From an uncultured Christensenella sp. (GTDB lineage Bacteria > Bacillota > Clostridia > Christensenellales > UBA1242): a stretch of 64,000 nt of DNA. The stretch is from contig CAJJUK010000002.1 in NCBI GenBank assembly GCA_905195085.1, positions 19,569-83,568 of the forward strand, given 5' to 3'. This document shows, piece by piece, positions 25,411 to 37,100 of this stretch; the first letter of the stretch is position 1, and each line of letters begins with the position of its first letter. The notes below the pieces were generated by a model, which saw only the letters and a program-made list of their open reading frames with translations, had not been told where the DNA came from and did no database searches. The position numbers were made by a program, and so were the translations under genes.

Positions 25411-26109
25411 ATGATAGGTAGCATAGTTTTTGGAGTTTTCAGCATAATCTTTTGTGTTCTGTTTTGTTGGTTCAGAGCAGAAAAAGCGACGGTTTACTCT
25501 CTCATATTAAAAACAACATCTTCTGTCTGCTTCATACTTTGTGGCATCTTTGCCATTGATGCAGTCGGCTCAAGCAACATCAATTTGTTGATTATTGTTG
25601 GATTGGTTTTGGGGCTTATTGGCGACATCATTCTCGACTTAAAAATCATGTATCCAGAACAATCAAATCAATATTTTGTTTTTGGAACCTGCTCTTTTGC
25701 AGTTGGACACTTCTTCTATTTCCTTTCAGCAGTGCTCTACAACAGTGCAACAATCCCATCTCATCTTCCATGGAACATTCTTGCTTCAATTGGAGTGGCA
25801 ATTGTGTTAACTCTTGTGATCATGCTTTCATCAAAGAAACTCAAGATGGATTTTGGAAAAATGACATATATTGTTGCCTTCTACAGTTTCATTTTGACAT
25901 TCATGGTTGCATTCACAGTTTCAATTGCAATCTTTGTGCCTATGTATTGGATTTTTGCAGCTGGAATGATTTTGTTCTTCCTTTCAGACTTGGTTCTTTC
26001 AATGCAATATTTTGGTGGAAGAACAGAAAAGGTTTGGATTTATGTAAATCACATTCTCTATTATCTTGCACAAGTTTTCTTAGCATTCTCAATTTTGTAT
26101 TTGGTTTAA
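25411..26109 (+). CDS. YhhN-family (lysoplasmalogenase-like) membrane protein
   Basis: 232 aa, about 8 TM helices. Paired motifs GLVLGLIGDIILDL and FFLSDLVLS are characteristic of YhhN/TMEM86. SD AGGAGG upstream. Confidence 0.8.
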   Translation: MIGSIVFGVFSIIFCVLFCWFRAEKATVYSLILKTTSSVCFILCGIFAIDAVGSSNINLLIIVGLVLGLIGDIILDLKIMYPEQSNQYFVFGTCSFAVGHFFYFLSAVLYNSATIPSHLPWNILASIGVAIVLTLVIMLSSKKLKMDFGKMTYIVAFYSFILTFMVAFTVSIAIFVPMYWIFAAGMILFFLSDLVLSMQYFGGRTEKVWIYVNHILYYLAQVFLAFSILYLV

Positions 26110-26120
26110 ATCAAACCATA

Positions 26121-26152
26121 AAAATAAAAGACCAAAAATTTGGTCTTTTTTT
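26121..26152. terminator. Bidirectional rho-independent terminator
   Basis: A-run, stem AAGACCAA/TTGGTCTT (26128-26147), T-run. Lies between convergent genes. Confidence 0.6.
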
Positions 26153-26190
26153 ATGACTCACAAATATATTTTGCAGATTTCTCATTTTTA

Positions 26191-26823
26191 TTATTTTTTA
26201 TATCTCTCATCAAATGTATCTCTAATGAATTTCGCAATTTCTTCTTTGCTTTTTGATGCGTCAACAATGACAACTCTTTCCGGATTTTTCTTCGCGATCT
26301 TCAAATATCCTTCTCTAACTTTGTCGTGGTATGCTTTTCCTTTTTTCTCCATTCTATCAAGTTCTGCAAGTTTTTCGTCTTTTGATTTTCTTTTCATCGC
26401 TTCGTCATAACTCAAATCAAGCAAAAAAGTTAAATCAGGTTTTGTGCCTTGAATGGCAAATTCTGTGATGTTTTCAATATCTTTGATTGGCAAATCCCCA
26501 GCATAACCTTGATATGTATAAGAGGAATCATAAAACCTATCCAAAATCATGACCTTGCCCTCTTGCAAAGCGGGTTTCACAACTTTTTCTACAATAGTCG
26601 CTCTGCTTGCACTAAAAAGCAAAAATTCTGCCACACTTGAAATATCGTGTGTGGAATTGAGCAAGATTTTTCTTATGTCTTCCCCAAGAGGAGTTCCGCC
26701 GGGTTCTCTTGAACAAATGAAATCAATATTGCTCTCAGTTAAATATTTCTTAAAAAGTTCAAGTTGCGTGCTTTTTCCACAACCATCTCCACCTTCAAAT
26801 GTAACCAAAAATCCCTTTTTCAT
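26191..26823 (-). CDS. tmk: Thymidylate (dTMP) kinase
   Basis: 210 aa. FLVTFEGGDGCGKSTQ P-loop, DRF/Y motif (LDRFYDSSYTYQG) and a lid region. SD GGGGGGAG upstream. Confidence 0.95.
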   Translation of the reverse strand: MKKGFLVTFEGGDGCGKSTQLELFKKYLTESNIDFICSREPGGTPLGEDIRKILLNSTHDISSVAEFLLFSASRATIVEKVVKPALQEGKVMILDRFYDSSYTYQGYAGDLPIKDIENITEFAIQGTKPDLTFLLDLSYDEAMKRKSKDEKLAELDRMEKKGKAYHDKVREGYLKIAKKNPERVVIVDASKSKEEIAKFIRDTFDERYKK

Positions 26824-26844
26824 AAGTTATCTCCCCCCTATTCA

Positions 26845-26876
26845 GAAAAAATTGTTCGATTAACGAACAATTTTTG
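26845..26876 (-). terminator. Rho-independent terminator after the DapB-like oxidoreductase gene
   Basis: 12-bp stem AAAAATTGTTCG / CGAACAATTTTT with loop attaa. A T-run follows on the minus strand. Confidence 0.6.
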
Positions 26877-26886
26877 TTTTGTATTT

Positions 26887-28038
26887 TTATTTGTCGCAAC
26901 CACAGTGGTCATGACCATCATGACAATCACAATCATCACCACATTCACAGTCATCATATGTCATGATGTATTTTTCAAGACTTTCGGTCTTATAGAAATT
27001 CTCTGGCATATATTCGGTTGTGAAGTAACCTGCTGGTGCAGTCAAAACTTCTGGGATTCTGTTGACAACTGTTGCACATGTAAGTTCCACAGTTGAAGGT
27101 CTTTCAATCACAACTCTTGTGTTTGGTTCTCCCTCAATTGTCCAATCATTGCAATCAAAGTCAGTTTTGTCATAAACCTTTCCGATGCATTCAGTTTCAA
27201 GCACAATTCCTTCCTTTGTTTCTGTTGTAACAACAGCACTCATACCAGTGCAAGCGCCTTTTGGAATTGTCATTCCAAGAGTTGAACTTTTGATTGCTTT
27301 CTTTGCAATTTGAGGAACGCATTTTTGAGATTGTCTTTTCACAGTCAAACCAAGTTTACTGCAAAGCCAACCATTGACATTCCACATATAACTTGGAGAA
27401 TATTTTCCGGATTTGATGATTTTGTTTCTTTCTTTGTCGCTGATTTCATCAACGGAAGCAACATCTCTTTCAAATTCTTCAACAGAAAGACCAGCACCAT
27501 GAGCACGAGCAAGCGCAATGCCATAGTCTTCAACATTATAACTACTTCTGCCTCTGATTTTGGTGATTTTGTGAGTTGCTCCTGCAAGCACACTGATGAG
27601 ATTGCCCCAGAACACATCTTGATATCCACTTCCGCAGATTGTACATTCATTTTCAACTGCAAGATCGTCAATTTGTTTAAACAATTTTGGATTGCTGTTT
27701 TGAGGGAAAAATGCTTCTTCACAAGTTGTGATTGCATTAACCCCGCATCTTGCACAAGTCAAAAGCGCTTCGCCAACATCAGCAAGCAAACTCATTGTTG
27801 TGACGATGACAATGTCAACTTCGTGATTTTGCAAATATTTTTCAAAATCCTTTGCATTTTGAACCTTAACTTTGTAAGTTTTGTTATCCCCTATGATTTC
27901 TCCAATGTCTTTTCCAATGACACTTTCGTCAATGTCAAATGCCCCAACAATCTTTGCACCTTTCTCAAAGACATAGCGCATTGTGTAGACACTCATCTTT
28001 CCACAGCCATATTGAACAACTTTAATTTTACTATTCAT
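26887..28038 (-). CDS. DapB-N-like NAD(P)-binding oxidoreductase (amine dehydrogenase / 2,4-diaminopentanoate dehydrogenase-like family) with Cys/His/Asp-rich C-terminal tail
   Basis: 383 aa. N-terminal Rossmann motif KVVQYGCGKMS. The overall pattern resembles the NAD(P)H-dependent amine dehydrogenase family, a call made from memory. Tail YDDCECGDDCDCHDGHDHCGCDK. Confidence 0.6.
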   Translation of the reverse strand: MNSKIKVVQYGCGKMSVYTMRYVFEKGAKIVGAFDIDESVIGKDIGEIIGDNKTYKVKVQNAKDFEKYLQNHEVDIVIVTTMSLLADVGEALLTCARCGVNAITTCEEAFFPQNSNPKLFKQIDDLAVENECTICGSGYQDVFWGNLISVLAGATHKITKIRGRSSYNVEDYGIALARAHGAGLSVEEFERDVASVDEISDKERNKIIKSGKYSPSYMWNVNGWLCSKLGLTVKRQSQKCVPQIAKKAIKSSTLGMTIPKGACTGMSAVVTTETKEGIVLETECIGKVYDKTDFDCNDWTIEGEPNTRVVIERPSTVELTCATVVNRIPEVLTAPAGYFTTEYMPENFYKTESLEKYIMTYDDCECGDDCDCHDGHDHCGCDK

Positions 28039-28161
28039 AAATCCTCCCTTTTATGTAGTTATGAAAATTCTGTTCAAATTTTCAATACTAGTTTATAATA
28101 TTTTGGTTAAAATTCAAAATAAAAATTCGCAAAAATTTTAACTTGCAAAAATATTTTTCAA

Positions 28162-28195
28162 CAAAAAAAGAGAGCTGATTAAGCTCTCTTTTTTT
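28162..28195 (-). terminator. Rho-independent terminator of the giant gene
   Basis: Immediately after the TAG stop (28196-28198). Stem AGAGAGC (28169-28175) / GCTCTCT (28183-28189), loop tgattaa, flanked by A- and T-runs. Confidence 0.7.
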
Positions 28196-31100
28196 CTATT
28201 GTTTACTCATAATCTTCTGTTTTTCTTTACGTCTTCTTCTGATAATCAACAAGATGATTATTATCAAAATCAGCAGGATTAACAATCCAATTATGATGTA
28301 AATCCACCACATGCTTGTTTCTTGTTCTTCCCAAACTGCATACAAGTTCAGGTCGTTATCAAAATCAACTGTGATTTCTGCACCGTCGAAGTAAACAATA
28401 TCTCCATTTTCACTCAATGCCCAACCAAGGAACTTCATGTTGCCATTCTTGAATGTGTTTTCTCTCAATCGAATTGTTGAGTTGTAGTAAGCCTGCATCT
28501 CAATAACTTCACTTGTTCCGTTGTTTGGATTGAATCTGATTGTGATTTGTTTTGTGATTGCGACTGCTTTCAAAGTAAAGTCCTCGCCTCTCACGTCAAA
28601 CAGATATCCACGAGATTGATTTGAATTGTTTTCAGGTGTCTTGTTGTCGTTCAAAACCCAACCATACAATTCATATCCAGGTTCAAGTTCAACACTCAAA
28701 CTCAATCTCTTTGTGTATTTAGATTGATATGTGTAAACCATACCGGCTGGATCATATCCTATAAGTTCAAGATCATCAGAACTGTTGTAACCTTCAACAG
28801 TAACTGACTTGATTCCGCTTGAATATGAAACTGTGAATGTCACAGATTTAAGGTTGTAGTAAAGTTGAACAACAGTTGAACCGTCACCAATGATTGTGTA
28901 TCCACTGTCACCGTTTCCATTATGAGAATATTCAAAACCATCTTCTGATTTGAGCAAGCTTTCAATGTCAATAACACTTTCTGTCACACCTGTGAATTCT
29001 TCTGAATACTTCATTTCATAGCCTTCATCAAGCACTTCAAAATAGTGTTCAACTTTGTAAGTTGCTTCTCCAACATCTGAAACAACAACAAGTTCAATGT
29101 CAACTTCTTTGTCAAGAATGAAAGTATATTCTTCTTCTTTGATTTGTTGTCCATCAATCAACCAGTGATCAAATTTATATCCAGGTTTTGCTGTCGCTGT
29201 GACAGTAACTTCAGAACCATAAGCATAAGAACCTTGTCCTGAAACTGAAGCGATTTGATCTTCGTCATAGTCAATTGAAACATTGATCATTTTTCTCATA
29301 TAGTAGAACTTGAACACTGTTGAACCATCGCCAGCAATGTAAGCAAAATCAGTTGCATCTTCGCCTGCGATTGTGACTGTGTAATAAGCATAGTCAAATC
29401 CAGTGAACACTCCGTCTTCATATCCTGGCAAGTCATCAACATTGTCAACAAAGTCAGTTTTGATTGTCTCAGGAGCAAAATATTGATGGGTTTTTCCTCT
29501 TCTTGTCACTTCAAATGCTTTCTCAAACACAGTTTGTGACGAGCCTTCAATCAATTGTTCTTTGTAGTATTCCAACTTATATTCTGTATTGTCATTTGCA
29601 ATGATTGTAATCTTGACTGTGATATCCTCTGTGCCCATCACATAGGTGAGTTTTGTTCCATCAACATTGTCAATTTGCAATTTGTTATTAACTTCAAATC
29701 CACCAAATGTGAAACCGCTTGAAATATCAAATGAGATTTCAATTGTTTGTCCGTAAGCAACACTGTAGGTGTTTCCTTCAATGATTGTTGCATCAACTCC
29801 ATTGACAAGAACTTTATATGATTCTGAAATCAAACCGTTCATTTCATCTTCAAATGTGACAGTCATCTTGAATGGAAGTCTGTCATAGTAGATGTAAACA
29901 ATTGTGCTTCCATCACCTGCGATAGCAACATCTCCATTGTCAACAGAACTGTAGTTAACCTTGAATCCAGCAACTTCAACAGAGCCAAATCCGATGTCAT
30001 CTCTCGTGAGAATATGATCTGTTTCTCCAGTCTTAGGAACACTTGGATAATTTGAGTCTTCTTCATAGTTTGCTCCAAGGTCGGTCGTCTGGAACATATA
30101 AACAACTGAGTAAGCAGTATCTTTGTTTGTTTCAGGCATAACTTTGAGAACGAAGTCTTTGCTTGGAATCTTCAAAACAACTGTGTAATCCTTTGTTCCG
30201 AGAGAATTGCCAAGTTCTGTCACATCAAATTCAACATCTTCAATAGGTTGACCTTCATCATCAACAATGGCAAATCCTGCATCTTTATCCAAAGAATAGC
30301 CTTTGTTCAATGTAAACTTAAGGATAACTTCTTCTTCAAACAGATATCTTCCATCGGTTGCTTCTGTTGTGATTGCTTTTTCGTTTTCAACACTCAAGTC
30401 AACATAGTAATAATTTCTTGTGTAATAAAGTTTAACGATTGTAGAGCCATCACCAGCAATGGTATTTCCGTTTTCAAATGATGTCATTGAATATGTGAAG
30501 CCATTGAAATCATAAGATTCATTTCCTTCAACCAAAGTCTTGACAGCATCTTCATCAATCTCGGTTCCTGTTTCTCCAGTTGAATAGGTTATATATGTTG
30601 GAGTTTCATCATATCCAAGTTCAAGATTTTGCTTGAACACTTGAATTGTGTATCTTGTATCCTTGTTTGCAACAGCAACAGTGTTAACTGTGATGTCTCC
30701 AGCAAGTTGTTCTCCATCTTTTTGACCTTTCATGTAGAGAGAAACTCCGTCAGATTCCAAAGCTGCTCCCTCAACTGATGCCAACAAGTCAATTTCAAAG
30801 TAACCATTTCCATAGCCCGCAGCTTCTTGCAAACTCATTGTCACTTTGTCTTCGTACTTGACATTGTAAATCACAAAATCTTCAGCATTTGTATCAATTG
30901 AATGAGAACCAGTTGAAGTTTCGATTGAAACTGATTCAATGTTTTCACCCTTATTGATTGTGAGTTTGTATGATTGTCTTGCATAGTAAACCAAAACCAT
31001 TGATGTTCCATTTCCAGAAATCACTTGACTGTCTTCTGCGTGAGCAGTGTCATATGCAAAACCTGTGATGTTTTCATATTCTGTTCCAACAATGAATTCG

Positions 31101-34100
31101 TCATAAGCGATACGGCTTGTCACTGTGCTTTCTGTTTCGATTTGATTGTCACTTATGTCAACATAGTTACCTTCTGTTGCGCCATAGTTGCCATTAAGTG
31201 TTTCAAGAAGAATTCTGATCTTGAATGTTGTCATGCCTTTGCCCCAAATTGCATAAAGCACAACTTCTTTATCTTCAACAAGTGTAAGATTTGAAACAGA
31301 TGGAGTGTCGCTTATTCCGCAACGAATTTCTTGTCTTTCACCTTCATCGTCCAAATAATACCAACCAGCGAATTCATAACCAGCATTGACCCAACCAAGA
31401 GTGTTGAATGCAGGCAATGCGTATTCTTTTCCATATTCCATCTCGCCAAGATCTTTTGTTATGTCGCCATCTTCTTCCATTGAGAGTGTCACTGTGTATT
31501 TCAATGGTTCCCAATAAGCGTAGACTACAATTTCATTGTTTGCAACAGTGTCTCCAGCAAGATTGAATGCGTAATACTTACCTTCGCTTGTTACATAGTA
31601 AATTCCAGCACTTTGAATTTCGTCTTTGTTTGTAACTTCAATTGTTGTGTTTTCTTCAACAGAAGTTGACCAACCCACGAATGAGAATCCTTTCTTTGTG
31701 AAATCTGAATGATCATCCAACTCGACAAGTTCATCATAAGAAACTTCTTTATCTTCAATGGTTCCTTCTCCACCATTGTTGTTGTATTTGATTGTATATT
31801 TGTTTGCTTCCCAAACGCCATACAAATCAAGGCCTTCTGTTCTGTCATAAACCGCAATAGTGTCATTGAGTTCGTAAACCACTTCTTCACTTTCTGCACT
31901 TGTTGCCCAACCCAAAAGTGTGTAACCAGTTTCAACAAACATTTCTGCAAGTTTAACATTTTCTTCCAAATATGTCACATATTGAGTTGTTGTGTCTTCA
32001 CCCTTCAAATTCTTATGGTATGTGATGACATAGGTCTCATTTTCAATTTCAACCTTGATGTTGAGTGCATATTCAGGCATTGTATATGAAATGTAACCCT
32101 GTTCATCAGCATCTTCTGATGTGTAAACTCTGTACAAGTCATCAGCAGTGATTGTGATTTGTTTGAATGTGTAACCAGCAACAGTTGCAACCTTAATCTT
32201 GAAGTTTGCTGTGTATTGAACAGAAACTGAAGAACCATTTGAAACATTGGCTGTCTTGTCTTCGCCATCTGTTGAATTGTAGATGAATTCAACATTGTCA
32301 ATTCCAACAAAGACTTCTCCATCTTCATTTGTCATGTCAAACACAACATTGAATGATGCCAAGTTGTATTCAACATTAACAACTGTTGAACCGTCTCCAG
32401 CAATAACTGGTTCAGATTCTCTGATTCTGTTATATACATAACCTTCTCTTGTGATTTCAACTTGTGCAAAACCTTCTTGAACCATTTCATCAGTGATTGC
32501 TGAATTTGTATAGCCTTGAAGTTCGGCACTTCCAACCAAATCATAAGTTCCGTCAATCTTTTGAGCATAGTAGTTCACAGTGTATTTTGTGTCAGGATTT
32601 GCTTCCCAGTTTGCAACTGCTTCCAAATCTTTTACAAAGTTATATGTGAACAATTCTTCATCATTCAAAGTCAAAACTGTTTCATCATCAACTGTGATTG
32701 TCCAGTTCTTGAATGTGTATCCCTGAAGTTCAAACTTAACAGGTGTCAAGTTTGAAGATGTAAGATATGTGAATTCTTGAGTGTAAGTGTCTTTTTCTTG
32801 CATGTCTGATTCATCAACAAATGTTCCGCCATTACCCTTGAATGTGAGCGTGTATGTCTTTGGTGTTGTCAAAACATTGATGCTGATGTCAGAGATTGGC
32901 ATCTCAAACTCGCCACTTGTAACATCAGTTCCAGTCAAACTCTCTTCTTCGTAACCAGCAAAATCATATCCTGCGTTGAGAGTGTAATCAAGTGTCACTG
33001 TTGCACCATGTTTAACTTTTGCAGTAAACACTGAAGTTCCCAAGTTTTCTTCTCTGATGTAGTCAGATTCAGCAGTGATTACAGAGATACCTGCATCGAA
33101 GTTAACTGTCATTGTGTACCAAACTCTTGTGTAGTAAACTTTCAAAACAAGAGCATCGTCTGGCAAAATGTTTCCACTGAGAACATTGTTTTCATTGTCG
33201 GCATCAAACTCATAACCAAGTTTTTCAATTTCTTCATATTCAACAAAATCATCAGTTTTTCCTGTGTATGTCTTTGTCAAACTTGAATCAATTTCAAATT
33301 GTCCGTCAAGAGTTTCGAAATAATACTCAATTGTATAGTCATTGTCTTCTGCTGACCAAACTGCCCAAAGTTCAACATTTTCATAGAAGTTGAATGCTGG
33401 GAATTCCAAATCATTCAGATCTTCAAATTCATATTGAAGAACTTGTGCTTCAGCATTTTCTTTAGAGTTTGCCCAACCAAGGAATTCATATCCTGGTTTG
33501 CTCCATGTCAATGTGTTTGCATGCTTAATTGTGTAAGCAGTGTTATAAACAACATATTCACTTGTCTTTTCTTCATCTTCATCATTAAGGTTTCTGTGAT
33601 AGATGATTTGATATGTGTTTGCAGAAGATGATGTTGTGATTGTGATGTTGTATGCTGGCATCTTGTCAACAACATACATTTCTTTTTCTTCATCATAAAC
33701 AAGTCCCAAAACTTTTGTGTCACCATAATAATATCCATCTTCGCCTGCAGTCAATGTCCACTTTGTTCCTTCGCCGAGGCTTACAGAACCTTGAGTATAT
33801 TCTGCTTCAACGGTGAATGATTTGAATGAATATCCATTGAACATTTCAAGATTGATATCAAATGGAGTTTCAAAGTAAACTTGATAATCTCCTTCAATTG
33901 CTGTGATTGAATCTTCAATTGTTTCAACAGGAGTGAATGTTCTGACTCCTTCAGATGAAACCATTGTAAGTTTGTAAGGAAGTCTTGCATATTTGATGTA
34001 GATTGTTGTTGTATAGCCTTCTTCTGTGTCGTTGCCATATTTGATTGTAACAGTTTCACTTCCGTCTTGATCTTCAAATGCTGAATATACAAAACCTTCA

Positions 34101-37100
34101 TAACTGTTAATCAAACCAAGTCCGTTCAAATAGCCATAGTTAACTGCAATGTCGGTTGTTCCGTTTTCAACAAGTTTTTCATCAACATCTGTGTAACCTG
34201 TTCCAACCAAATCTTTTGTTTGGTAAACAACCTTAAATCTTGTGTCATTTCTTGGAGTTGATGTCAAAACAACAGTTGTGTTTCCATGGAATGTAAATTC
34301 ATAATATTCTCCAGTTCCAACAACACTTTCTCCAACCTTAAATCCAGCAAAGTCATAACCGCCCTTGACAACAGTTGATGTTCCTTCCTCATCAGTGTAG
34401 GTGTAGTAAATCCTAACTGTGCTGTCATAGTCAATCAACATCTTGTCTTCAAGAACAATCTTTTCGCCATTTACAGTCACAACAGCTTTGCTGATGTCGA
34501 TACCTGCGTCACCTTCCAAAGTCAAATCATATCCAATTGGACGCCATACTGCGTAAAGGTCAACATTTTCACTGTAAGTTGTCATCACGAATGTTGCTTC
34601 TTCAGCATAGTCATAAATTCTCTTGTCAGCATCTTCTTCGCTGAGAGCCCAACCTCTGAATGTGTAACCTTCATTTGAGAACAAGTTTGCAGTGAGTGTA
34701 ACCTCTGCTCTGTAAACAACTTCTGCACCAGATTGTGTGTAAACATCCAATCCATCGGCTGTCATTCCACCATTTCCATGGAATGTGATTGTGTATGGTT
34801 TAGGATCGGTTGTTGCTGTAACTTCAGCATCTCCAGCAATCATTGTAAACTTGTTATCTGTGATTGTTTCAATTTCATCACTTACATATCCAGCAAAGTC
34901 ATAACCATTGTCAGAGATTGTGTGGTTGAGAACAACTGTTGCTTCGTATCTTACGCTGTAGGTTCCATCTTCATTATCCCTGATGTAGAATCCTTCTTCA
35001 GTTGATTGTTCTTCAGTTGTTGCAGTGAATTCTCCCACACCGTCTTCAACGCTCAAAGTCAATGTGAAGTAATCTCTTTCATACTTAACAGTCACAACTG
35101 TGCTTCCATCTGCAGCGATTGTTGCAAGTTCAACTGCTTCAAACTTGTATCCAGCAATTGTTGGATATGCCCCACCTGTCAAAGCAACAATCATTTCTTC
35201 TGTGATTTGAGTGTCAGTTGTTCCTTGACTTGTGATTGATTCTTGCAAATCTGTTCTAAGTTCATAGGTCTGTCCATCAAGACTTTCAAACCTATATTCA
35301 ACAGTAAACTTAGTGTCAGTTTTTGCTGTCCACTTAGCAAACAACGTTGTGTTTTCCGTGATCTTAACAATCATTTCTTCTGTGATTAAATCAGCATCAT
35401 TGAGGTCAGCTGTCAAATACCAACCAGCAAAGTCATAGCCTTGACGTGTTGGTGTTGGAAGTCCAACTGTCAAATTGTCAGAGCCTTCAACCTCAACATA
35501 AGCATCAGCATATGTGCTGTCATAAACAACCTTGACTGTTGTGTATTCAATTGATGCTCTTGAAGAACCTTCCGCATCATTAAGATTGAATGTCAAATCA
35601 TAGACATTTGCATTATAGATAACATGATATGTCTTTCCATCAACTGAATCCATTGTGTCTTTGATTTCTTTTTGATCAGGTGTGTAACCTTCAATATCTG
35701 GAGAAGCCACGGTGAATTCAGATCCATAAAGAACTTCTTCGGTGTAAGTCTTGTAAGCTTCGTCCCCATTTGCATATTGATAAGTAATTGTCAATGTGTA
35801 GCGGTTTGTTGACCACTTAGCTTGCAATGTGACATTGCCATAAACACCCTTGCTGATTGTGTTGTCTGTCAAAGTTGAAAGCGCAATATCTCCATCAACT
35901 TTTTCTGCCCAGTTTCCAGAGATTTCACTGAATGAATATCCAATGAGTGTGTGTCCAACTTTTGTCAACATATCTCCAGCAATCAAAACAATATCATCTT
36001 CAATTGTGAAGGTTGTCTTGTATGTTCCATCATCTTCCAATTGAAGTGAAGAATCAAATGTTCCATCATTTGGAAGATATGTGATTGTGTATTCTGTTGC
36101 GGTCCATTTTGCTGTCAATACAACAACTTTTCCATCAGTTGCAGTCAAATTCTTAACTGTCTCTTCGTCTGCCAAGTCGTGATTTGTGCCTGCATCATCT
36201 TGATATGTCCAACCTGCAAAATCATATCCAGTCTTTGTGAATGTAGATTTTGTCAACTTAACTTCAGTGTCATAGTTGACACCTTCCATTGTTGCCATTT
36301 CTCCGCTTCCGCCATTGTTTGCAAAAGCAATGCTGTATGTGATTGGTGTCCAAACTGCATAAAGCACAACACTTCCATCAACATCAGTTGTCAATCTGTT
36401 TACTGTGTCGCCTGCTCTAAGCAAAATTCCAGAGCCATCGGCACTTCTTGACCAACCAACAAACTTGTAACCTGTCACAGCAAATTCCAAACCAGTTGCA
36501 CTTGCATCTTTAATCAAGATATCTGCTGTGTATCCATAAGTTTCTGGATCTGATGTCTTGTCAGTGACATCACTTGTCACAGATGAGTAGTTTGAATTGT
36601 AGGTCAATGTGTATTGGTTTTCAAGCCATACTGCATAGAGTGTGACCGTCTTGCCATTTGTTGCAGTCAAATTCTTGGCTTTTGTTGTGTCTTTGCTGAT
36701 TGTTTTGATTGTTGTGTCATCAGCTTCATAAGTCCAACCATTGAATGTGTATCCTGTGAATGTGAATTGATTTTCGTTCAAATCAAATTCTTGATCATAA
36801 ACAATGTCTGTGTGACCGGTCATCACTCCGTCACCGCCATTTGAATTGTATTCAACATTATACTTGATTGGTGTCCAAACTGCGTAGAGTTCAAGATCTC
36901 CAATGATTGAATAAACAAATTCTTGTTCGTCTGTGTATTCAACCTCTCCCTCAGGATCTGTTGACCAGCCTTGGAAGATGTATCCTTCACGAGTGAAGAT
37001 GTTCTTTGTCAAGACAACACTTCTGTTATAGACAACATCTTGTGTGATTTCAGTGATTGTTTCCGTAACAGCATCAGTATCTTCAGTTCCCTCTGTCACA

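Noticed and set aside
27310-28098. 262-aa plus-strand ORF antisense to the DapB-like oxidoreductase
   Set aside because: It overlaps a well-supported minus-strand gene with a Rossmann motif, a terminator and an SD. The product is Cys/Phe/Asn-rich junk-like sequence.
28196-28400. LPXTG-type sortase signal at the C-terminus of the giant protein
   Set aside because: Only the hydrophobic helix and basic tail are present. I read the preceding ~60 residues and found no LPXTG, NPXTG or LAXTG-like pentapeptide.
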